Assembly: GCA_019058315.1 (NCBI GenBank)
Contig: JAHPZH010000002.1
Coordinates: forward strand, 352,001-416,000
Source of the DNA: Candidatus Helarchaeota archaeon
Lineage (GTDB): Archaea; Asgardarchaeota; Lokiarchaeia; Helarchaeales; RDOG01
Length of the DNA: 64,000 bases
Direction of reading: 5' to 3'
The notes beneath the pieces are model-generated. The model was given only the letters and a program-made list of their open reading frames with translations, searched no databases and had not been told where the DNA came from. Positions 56,697 through 64,000 of the stretch are shown one piece after another. The position numbers were made by a program, and so were the translations under genes. The first letter of the stretch is position 1. The number at the start of each line of letters is the position of its first letter.

Positions 56697-58574
56697 ATGA
56701 GAACCAAAAAAAAAATTATATTAGTTACACAGATTTTTCTTATTTTGACATTATACCTTGTTATTAACACTTCTAAATTTGATATTACTGCTATTTCCTT
56801 GTCTTCAGTCAACGATAAAAGCTTTACCTTAAATACTACTGCAAGCTGGTCCAATGCGACTGCGATTTCAGATGTTTACGGGTGGAACGATGATGGTAGT
56901 GTATATCCAAGCGTCGCTGTGGACAGTAGCGGCAACCTGCACGTGGTCTGGCAAGATTGGACGGACGGTGAGTGGGGATCTGATATAGAAATATTTTACG
57001 TAAACTATACCGCTTCTGGCTGGTCCAACGCCACCGCGATTTCGGACCTTTACGGGTGGAACAATGGTGATAGTTATGATCCAAGCGTCGCCGTGGATGG
57101 TGACGGAAATGTGCATGTGGTCTGGTATGATGACACCAATGGTGAGTGGGGAACTGATCAAGAAATAATGTATGCCAATTACACTGGGTCGGGTTGGTCC
57201 AACGCCACCGCTATTTCCGACCTTTACGGGTGGAACAATGGTGATAGTTATGATCCAAGCGTCGCCGTGGACGGTAACGGTAATGTACACGTGGTTTGGC
57301 ACGATGCTACTAATGGTGAGTGGGGAACTGATCTTGAAATAATGTACACAAACTACACCGCTTCTGGCTGGTCCAACGCCACCGCGATTTCGGACCTTTA
57401 CGGGTGGAACAATGGTGAAAGTTATTGGCCAAGCGTCACCGTGGACGGTAGCGGCAATGTACATGTGGTCTGGAACGATTACACGGCCGGTGGGTGGGGT
57501 GGTGGTGGAAGCGACCCTGAAATATTTTACACAAACTACACCGCTTCTGGCTGGTCCAACGCGACCGCGATTTCGGACCTTTACGGGTGGAACAATGGTG
57601 AAAGTTATAGGCCAAGCGTCGCCGCGGACGGTAGCGGAAACGTACACGTGGTCTGGGAAGATGACACGGACGGTGCGTGGGGAACTGATATAGAAATATT
57701 TTACACAAAATACACCGCTTCTGGTTGGTCCAACCCTATTGCGATTTCCGACCTCTACGGGTGGAACAATGGTGAAAGTTATAGGCCAAGTGTCGCCGCG
57801 GACGGTAGCGGAAACGTGTACGTGGTCTGGCAAGACTTAACCAGTGGTGCGTGGGGAACTGATGATGAAATAATGTATGCAAACTACACTGCAGCGGGTT
57901 GGTCCGATGCCACCGTGATTTCAGACCTTTACGGGTGGAATAATGATTTTAGCGGCGGACCAAGTATCGCAGTGGACGGCACCGGTAATTTACACGTGGT
58001 TTGGCACGATGACACGGACGGTGAGTGGGGAACTGATTATGAAATAATGTACACAATATTAACTGAAAAACCTTCTTCAAGCAACCCGTCTGATATTTTT
58101 ATGTTAACCATGGGTTCAGATACTATTGATTGGGTAATTTGGGATGAATCTGGCATAGGAAAATATCGGGTTTCCGTGTATGATATTATCAACAAAAGTT
58201 ATTATTTATGGGTAAATTGGACTGTATGGACGAATAATACAAATTTAAAAGTCCCTATTAATCGAAGTGTAGAAGGAATATTCAATTATACAATTGAATA
58301 TTATGATTTTTATCATCAATTCGGCATTTCAGACTCAGTTATTGTAACAATAACCGAGTATATTCCCTCTAAAGATGAGCCAATTATAATCGCACCACAA
58401 GGCAGTGGAGATATTTCCAACTTCTTATTATCGCCATTGGGTCTTGGAATTATAGCTGGCGTTGGGGCGATGTTTCTAATATTGGTAGCAGTCGTAATTA
58501 AACTCAATAATACTGTTAAAGAACTTAAAAAAAGTAGTAAATTTTCGACTTCTAAAAAATCAAACGAGAAATAA
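56697..58574 (+). CDS. Cell-surface protein with seven 58-aa repeats (probable 7-blade propeller), stalk and C-terminal TM anchor
   Basis: Signal peptide; repeats 'WSNATAISDLYGWNNGxSYxPSVAVDGxGNVHVVWxDxTxGxWGTDxEIxYxNYTASG'; C-terminal TM plus basic tail. Confidence 0.85.
   Translation: MRTKKKIILVTQIFLILTLYLVINTSKFDITAISLSSVNDKSFTLNTTASWSNATAISDVYGWNDDGSVYPSVAVDSSGNLHVVWQDWTDGEWGSDIEIFYVNYTASGWSNATAISDLYGWNNGDSYDPSVAVDGDGNVHVVWYDDTNGEWGTDQEIMYANYTGSGWSNATAISDLYGWNNGDSYDPSVAVDGNGNVHVVWHDATNGEWGTDLEIMYTNYTASGWSNATAISDLYGWNNGESYWPSVTVDGSGNVHVVWNDYTAGGWGGGGSDPEIFYTNYTASGWSNATAISDLYGWNNGESYRPSVAADGSGNVHVVWEDDTDGAWGTDIEIFYTKYTASGWSNPIAISDLYGWNNGESYRPSVAADGSGNVYVVWQDLTSGAWGTDDEIMYANYTAAGWSDATVISDLYGWNNDFSGGPSIAVDGTGNLHVVWHDDTDGEWGTDYEIMYTILTEKPSSSNPSDIFMLTMGSDTIDWVIWDESGIGKYRVSVYDIINKSYYLWVNWTVWTNNTNLKVPINRSVEGIFNYTIEYYDFYHQFGISDSVIVTITEYIPSKDEPIIIAPQGSGDISNFLLSPLGLGIIAGVGAMFLILVAVVIKLNNTVKELKKSSKFSTSKKSNEK
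56847..58060 (+). repeat. Seven GC-rich 174-bp tandem repeats
   Basis: tggtcc unit starts at 56847, 57021, 57195, 57369, 57552, 57726, 57900 (period 174; one unit is 183). Confidence 0.9.
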
Positions 58575-58831
58575 AAATAATATAACAGATTTTTAAGATA
58601 AGTTAAATTATTATGTAATTTTATAGTTTTTAGACTTTTTTATTTCTTTAGAATAATAATATTTATACGCTCTGCCATTCACTATTTCTATTTATTATAT
58701 CTATAAGAATTTATACGAAAATAATGTAAAAGATACTGAATGAAATAGAGTCTAGAATCTATAGTGTATAATAAGTAAATTTCATTAATTTATTCATTGA
58801 CCAAAGCCTAATAAAAGTGAGATAGGTATAA

Positions 58832-60286
58832 ATGAGTAAAGTAAAATGGGAAACCGAATTAAAAAGAGAACAAATTGAAAAGACTTGTATCAGAATAACC
58901 AGAAATTTGGTTGGGGAAGAAAAGAAAAGAGAATATGATGCATGTATCAATAAATTGAACTCAATCCTAGACAAAAACAGAATTAATGAAGAATTCGAAA
59001 ATCTAAAGCAAGAAGATTATGAAACTAGTTGTCTATCTATAATAGACCAATTGAATGTTAAAAATCCTAATAAATTGAAAAATAATTGTATAAATAAATT
59101 TAAAATTCAAATTAGTGACCCTATTTGGATAGAAAAAATGACTGAATATAAAAAAACTTTTCTATTTAATGAATTAAATGAATTAAATACTATGGTTGAT
59201 TTAGAAAAATATGAACATCAAAATAAGCTATTTATGAAGCAAATATTAGCTAGTGATGTAAAGAAAAACTTACAAATTTACTTTAAAGATATTAAATTGA
59301 AGGATGATCCTGATTTTTTAACGAGAAAAAAATCCATTTCATATAAACTAAATAAAGAATATTTATCAGAAAATATAGAGAAACAAGAAAAACTGAGACT
59401 TTTAGCAACTTATTTATTAACTGATGGGAGTCTATACAAGGATGGCAACAACTACAAATTAGATTTCACTAATAAATCTATTATTCTTATTGAAAAATTC
59501 ATGGATATACTAAAAGAATTTATACCTAATGCGCATTTCAATTTTACAAAACATAAGGTCCCAACAGGAATTAGTTATCAAGTCAAAGTTCCTTCTAATG
59601 AACTAGCTGAGTTATTATTTGAAATTTCACCATCCTACAAGACAAAACCCTATAAAAACCTTTCAGAATGTGAAAATGAATATAAAAAAGAACTTTGTGT
59701 AAAATGGAAGGTGAAAGACAAACAAATGGGATATAAAGAGAAATATTTCGCACCTGCAACTTACCGAAATATAATGGATAAAGTATCTGTTACAGATATT
59801 CTCAGAATAATTTTTGATAATGAAGGTAGTGTTGGTTTAAGCATTCGAAAAGATGGAAGAACAGATAAAAAATTGTCAGTTACTTGTCTACATCCTGGTT
59901 TAGCTGAAGAAATAAGACAAATGTTAATTGCAGTAGGAATTCACACAAATCCAATTCCTGAAAATTATAAAGGAGATTTTGAAATTTTATCTGAATATTA
60001 TGAAACTTTTCGTGATAAAATAGGATTTACTAGAGGAGTAACAAAAGAAAAGGGAAAATATTTAATTGGAAAAAATAAATCTGATATTTTAGATATTTTT
60101 ATTCTAATTTCTTGTATGCAAAAGGATAAGGGACTAATTTTAAAAAATATACCGAATTTAGAAAAAAAACTGGAGTCTATAGTAACCGAATATGAAGAAG
60201 GTGTAAACCAAGGTATTTCTAAAAACTTGTTATTAAAAAAGATTTCAGAAAAGTTAACTATTTTTCAAGATAATCGTAATAAATAG
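58832..60286 (+). CDS. Free-standing two-motif LAGLIDADG homing-endonuclease-like protein with N-terminal extension
   Basis: 'LATYLLTDGSL...LDFTNKS..LIEKF' and 'ILRIIFDNEGSV...LSVT....LAEEIRQML..VGI', 'FRDKIGF'; no intein splice motifs seen. Confidence 0.75.
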   Translation: MSKVKWETELKREQIEKTCIRITRNLVGEEKKREYDACINKLNSILDKNRINEEFENLKQEDYETSCLSIIDQLNVKNPNKLKNNCINKFKIQISDPIWIEKMTEYKKTFLFNELNELNTMVDLEKYEHQNKLFMKQILASDVKKNLQIYFKDIKLKDDPDFLTRKKSISYKLNKEYLSENIEKQEKLRLLATYLLTDGSLYKDGNNYKLDFTNKSIILIEKFMDILKEFIPNAHFNFTKHKVPTGISYQVKVPSNELAELLFEISPSYKTKPYKNLSECENEYKKELCVKWKVKDKQMGYKEKYFAPATYRNIMDKVSVTDILRIIFDNEGSVGLSIRKDGRTDKKLSVTCLHPGLAEEIRQMLIAVGIHTNPIPENYKGDFEILSEYYETFRDKIGFTRGVTKEKGKYLIGKNKSDILDIFILISCMQKDKGLILKNIPNLEKKLESIVTEYEEGVNQGISKNLLLKKISEKLTIFQDNRNK

Positions 60287-60294
60287 AAAAAGAG

Positions 60295-60477
60295 TGGGAC
60301 CGCCGGGCTTCGATCCCGGGACTTTACCCATGAGAGACGTTTATTCTCTCATTTCTGGCTTTCTCCGAGGAGAATTGTAAAGAGAGTGGTCAAGCTCTGA
60401 AATACAATTGTAAATCTTATAAGGCCAGCACTCTTTTTGGGAAGTTTTAGACTCTAACCAAGCTGAGTCACGGTCCC
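60295..60477 (-). tRNA. tRNA-Ile(UAU) with three introns (D-loop 60435..60455, 37/38 60361..60417, variable loop 60324..60353)
   Basis: Acceptor GGGACCG/CGGTCCC plus A73; D-stem ACTC/GAGT; anticodon stem CTGGC/GCCAG with loop CT-TAT-A^A; T-stem CCGGG/CCCGG. Removing 21+57+30 nt leaves a 75-nt cloverleaf. CCA is not encoded. Confidence 0.88.
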
Positions 60478-60534
60478 ATTAATTGTAGGTATCCATTGAT
60501 ATTATTGCAAATAATTAATGACTTTTATCTTTTT

Positions 60535-63501
60535 TTATTTTTCCGATTTTTTGAAATAGAATTGAATATCCACGTTTTCTATTGACAATTTACCCGAAAC
60601 GAAACCTTTTTTGACTTTATCTGGAGCTGATTTTACTATTTGAATTGTTTGAGCTCTTGTAATTGAAGTTATCATATCCTGAAACGTTGTTAATTTATCT
60701 AAAACGTCTTTATCATTACAAACCACTATTAATTCTATAGTTTCCTTCACATGGAATTTGTTTTTCTTCCGATTTTGCTGAATATGTCTTGTTAGCTCCC
60801 TGACCATATGTTCTGCTTTTAGTTCATCTTTTACTTCAGTTTCGAGTCCAACTGAGCACTTAGGTCGTTCTTTGAATTTTATTGTCTTCTTTTTCGGGGC
60901 TGATTTTACAACCTCTGTAGTTTTTACATTCGCTTGATTATTTATTATATCTAATAAGTTATCAATTTTATTCATTTTTTCCTTGGGAACAATTATTGCC
61001 TTAAGCAAAGGATAACGTAGTTTTATTCCTTCTTCTTGGCGAATGGATAAAAGAGATTCCACAATATGTTTAACCAGTTCCATTGATTCTTCCAATTCAG
61101 GTTTAATAAGTTTGGTATTTGTTTTTGGCCATTTAAGTAATTGGATGCTTTCTGGAGTTTTAGTTTCAGCAGGTCGAACTAAATGTTGGTAGAGTTCTTC
61201 AGATAAAAATGGTATGGCGGGTGTACTAAGTACGATAAGAGTACGGAGGACTTCATATAACGTTGCCATAGCTGCAGAATCTTGATTATTTATACGATCT
61301 CTGATTATTCTCACGTACCAATGACTAAGGTCGCTCATATAAAAATCCTGTAATAATTTCGGAATTTTTGGTAAATTATACGTTTCAAACTCTTCTGTCA
61401 CGTTTTTGATTAAAGAATTTAATCTTGAAAGAAGCCAAGTATCTTCAATTTGAAGTTTCATTTTACTAAGATTATGTTTTGTTGGATCAAAGTCTGCAAT
61501 TTTTAGAAACGTAGTAGCATAAACATAGACATTATATATAACATTTAGCATACGATGAGCATCTTTTAATTCAGTCCATACGAATTTCATATCTTCTCCG
61601 GGTGCTGTTGATTTAACGGAATAGAATCTGAAAGCTTCTGAGCCATACTTTTCTATTACTTCTTCTGGTGCTACGACATTTCCTATAGATTTACTCATAG
61701 GTCGTCCTTCTTCATCCATTGTAAATCCATGCATATATACTGCCTCGTAAGGACGAGTTTCTGACGATACAATACTCGAAGACATCAAAGTATTAAACCA
61801 ACCACGAATTTGGTCCTTTCCTTCTAATATGAAATCTGCTTTTTTCCAGTTATCAAAGTCATTTTTTCCATAAACAACCATATTTGTAGACCACATACCG
61901 GATCCTGAATCTAACCAAACATCCAATACATCTGGAATTCGTTTTTTAGTTCCACCGCATTTGCATTTCCAAGTAACTTCGTCTATCCAAGGTCTGTGGA
62001 GATCTTCAGGAACTTTATTAGAAAGCTTCTTCAGTTCATCTACTGACCCTATAATTGTAACATCGTCACATTTATCACATTCCCAAATTGGCAGCGGAGT
62101 TCCCCAATATCTTTGACGGGAAATACACCAGTCCCAAAGATTCGAAATCCAGTTGTGAAACCAACCACCTGCCCATTGAGGTTGCCAATAGACTTTTTTA
62201 TTTTCACTTATCATGAGTTCATGCAGTACACTCATTTTAAAGAACCACTGTTCAATATTTCGATAGATGAGTGGTGTTTTACACCTCCAGCAGTGAGCAT
62301 ACTCATGTTTTAATGTACCTAGATTTAACAATGTTCCTTTTTTCTTCAAATCATCCAATATTTTTTTGTTTGCATCTTTAACATAGAGTCCTTTGTATTT
62401 TCCTCCTTCTTCGGTAAAGTTCCCTGCAGAATCAAGAGGTGAAAAAGCTGGCACTTTGTATTTTAAACCAACTATGTAATCCTCTTGTCCATGCCCAGGA
62501 GCAGAATGAACTAATCCAGTGCCTCCTTTATCTACAGTAACATATTCTTCAGATAAAATAACTGTATGAACATTTGGATTTCCTTTTTCATATTCTAAAT
62601 TTTTAGGAACTTCTTCAGCTAATGGAGGAATGTATTTTAATCCTTCTAATTTTTCTCCTAAAAATTCTTCAATTATTTTAAAATCTTTGCCCAATAATCC
62701 TTGAATTACTGCTGTAGACAATGCTTTAGAAATTATCCAGACTTCATTACCAACTTTCGCTCGAATGTAGTTATATGTAGGATTCACCATAACTGCTAAA
62801 TTAGCAGGAAGTGTCCAAGGCGTTGTTGTAAATATTAGTAAATACTCATTTTTTTTATCTTTCACCTTAAATTTTAGAAATAAGGAGATATCTTCAATAT
62901 TATAATATTCAAATTCATGTTTAGCAAGCGCCGTTTCACATCTAGGGCATGTATTTAACGGTCGAGCACCTTTATACAAGTATCCATTATCCCATGCCTT
63001 TCGAATAGCCCACCATATTCCTTCTATATAGCTATTAAAGACTGTTTCGTAAGGATGTTCCCAATCATAAAAGCACGCCAGCCTTTTAAACTGTTCATTC
63101 ATTTTCCATAAATTTGTTTCTGCAAATTCACGACATTTTTTAATAAAATTTTCTAGACCAAATGCTTCTATTTCCTTTTTATTAGATATTTCTAATTCTT
63201 TTTCCATTAAAACTTCAATAGGTAATCCGTGCATATCATATCCTGGATTTACTTTTACATAATGACCTGTCATGCTTTTATAGCGGAGTACATAATCTTT
63301 CAAGACCTTATTCCAAGCAGTACCTAAGTGAATTGCTCCTGTTGTATAGGGAGGACCGTCAATAAATTTCCATTCAGGATCATTTTGTTCCAAATTCTTT
63401 TTCCAAATTTTTTCGAAGATTTTATTCTTTTCCCAGAATTTTAGAATTTTATCTTCCATCTCTTTAAATACAATTTTTTTTGGCAGTTCTTTTATTGGCA
63501 T
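60535..63501 (-). CDS. ileS: Isoleucyl-tRNA synthetase (archaeal/eukaryote type)
   Basis: 'DGPPYTTGAIHLG', 'DMHGLPIE', 'TTTPWTLPAN', 'GTGLVHSAPGHG', 'DWCISRQRYWG', 'EGKDQIRGWF', 'PMSKSIGN'. Confidence 0.97.
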   Translation of the reverse strand: MPIKELPKKIVFKEMEDKILKFWEKNKIFEKIWKKNLEQNDPEWKFIDGPPYTTGAIHLGTAWNKVLKDYVLRYKSMTGHYVKVNPGYDMHGLPIEVLMEKELEISNKKEIEAFGLENFIKKCREFAETNLWKMNEQFKRLACFYDWEHPYETVFNSYIEGIWWAIRKAWDNGYLYKGARPLNTCPRCETALAKHEFEYYNIEDISLFLKFKVKDKKNEYLLIFTTTPWTLPANLAVMVNPTYNYIRAKVGNEVWIISKALSTAVIQGLLGKDFKIIEEFLGEKLEGLKYIPPLAEEVPKNLEYEKGNPNVHTVILSEEYVTVDKGGTGLVHSAPGHGQEDYIVGLKYKVPAFSPLDSAGNFTEEGGKYKGLYVKDANKKILDDLKKKGTLLNLGTLKHEYAHCWRCKTPLIYRNIEQWFFKMSVLHELMISENKKVYWQPQWAGGWFHNWISNLWDWCISRQRYWGTPLPIWECDKCDDVTIIGSVDELKKLSNKVPEDLHRPWIDEVTWKCKCGGTKKRIPDVLDVWLDSGSGMWSTNMVVYGKNDFDNWKKADFILEGKDQIRGWFNTLMSSSIVSSETRPYEAVYMHGFTMDEEGRPMSKSIGNVVAPEEVIEKYGSEAFRFYSVKSTAPGEDMKFVWTELKDAHRMLNVIYNVYVYATTFLKIADFDPTKHNLSKMKLQIEDTWLLSRLNSLIKNVTEEFETYNLPKIPKLLQDFYMSDLSHWYVRIIRDRINNQDSAAMATLYEVLRTLIVLSTPAIPFLSEELYQHLVRPAETKTPESIQLLKWPKTNTKLIKPELEESMELVKHIVESLLSIRQEEGIKLRYPLLKAIIVPKEKMNKIDNLLDIINNQANVKTTEVVKSAPKKKTIKFKERPKCSVGLETEVKDELKAEHMVRELTRHIQQNRKKNKFHVKETIELIVVCNDKDVLDKLTTFQDMITSITRAQTIQIVKSAPDKVKKGFVSGKLSIENVDIQFYFKKSEK

Positions 63502-63713
63502 TTACACTAACATCTCCTCAAATTTCAATTGAATTAATGATGAAAGATGACTTAGTCTAAAAAAGTAGCTGTTTTCATTTTTAATTTTTTTTATTTTTGT
63601 TTTGGTCGCTAATTTCGCAAACCCTCATTAAAGTCACCTAGCATTAATAAAATTGATCGTGTATTATAAAGGTTATGTTTTAAGTTAAATTATCTAATTT
63701 TTTTCTATAAATT

Positions 63714-64000
63714 TTATCTCTGTATCTTGTTTTTTATATTAGCAATTTTTTCATAATATTTAGCAACATTTTTATGTTGTTGTAGTCTATTTAAGATTCT
63801 TTTTCTTGATATAAATCGTGGATCTGTAATAACTGCCAAAGTATTTGTCATATTGATTTTTCCTCCGTTATATCTGCAATATTTTCTTAATGCTGAACTG
63901 AATATAGAGTCAATTCCTTTTGAATTTGGAACAGGTTTTAATCCTCCAATTTTTTTAAAAATATCTCTTCTTACGCACATATTAGATCCACTAAATTCTA
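63714..64000 (-). CDS. C-terminal part of a probable family-2 glycosyltransferase (5'-truncated by window edge)
   Basis: Frame open to the edge: EFSGSNMCVRRDIFKKIGG...D..FS..L...VITDPR. Confidence 0.65.
   Translation of the reverse strand, partial: EFSGSNMCVRRDIFKKIGGLKPVPNSKGIDSIFSSALRKYCRYNGGKINMTNTLAVITDPRFISRKRILNRLQQHKNVAKYYEKIANIKNKIQR

Noticed and set aside
56868-57833. 321-aa antisense ORF and other short ORFs over the 174-bp repeats
   Set aside because: Shadow of the GC-rich repeat gene on the + strand; its periodicity simply mirrors the sense repeats.
56847-58060. Possible CRISPR array or DGR template/variable repeats
   Set aside because: Units are in-frame coding repeats with no unique spacers; differences are not confined to adenines; no reverse transcriptase or cas gene is in the window.
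60324-60353. Reading the 8-bp hairpin as a long variable arm (tRNA-Leu/Ser/Sec)
   Set aside because: It leaves 10 unpaired nt before the T-stem, while the D-arm and acceptor are class-I Ile-like; removal at a BHB gives a normal 5-nt variable loop.
2053-62313. Numerous 60-170 aa ORFs nested in or antisense to long genes (e.g. 2053, 14183, 24917, 37221, 38583, 46041, 62113)
   Set aside because: They overlap well-supported genes and show no recognisable motifs; treated as spurious.

Overview
AT-rich archaeal chromosome segment, most consistent with an Asgard archaeon of the Helarchaeales/Lokiarchaeia type. This is inferred from a divergent alkyl-CoM reductase together with an archaeal histone, Cdc6, archaeal IleRS and many LRR/TPR/WD40 proteins. 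The centrepiece is a ~22 kb candidate alkane-activation island (9.9-31.6 kb). It holds an acrA-atwA-SCP2-acrB-acrG-cobalamin/Fe-S reductase operon, preceded by two paralogous genes of an unrecognised family and a double-cubane-cluster reductase. On the opposite strand lies a flavin/CCG/F420 redox cluster, divergent from a PadR regulator. A shared ATRTC-N7-GAYAT palindrome lies upstream of padR, the first unknown gene and acrA. The ORF track missed a peroxiredoxin-like selenoprotein (in-frame TGA, UxxC) at the left edge and a tRNA-Ile(UAU) with three BHB introns directly downstream of ileS and abutting a free-standing LAGLIDADG gene. It also reports two loci only partly: a DUF4139 gene remnant and a small frameshifted OB-fold-like gene. 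The right half is an accessory region with a duplicated DUF4139 gene pair, LRR/TPR/WD40/HEAT proteins and two GC-rich 7-repeat surface proteins. All family assignments come from motif recognition by eye; no searches were run.
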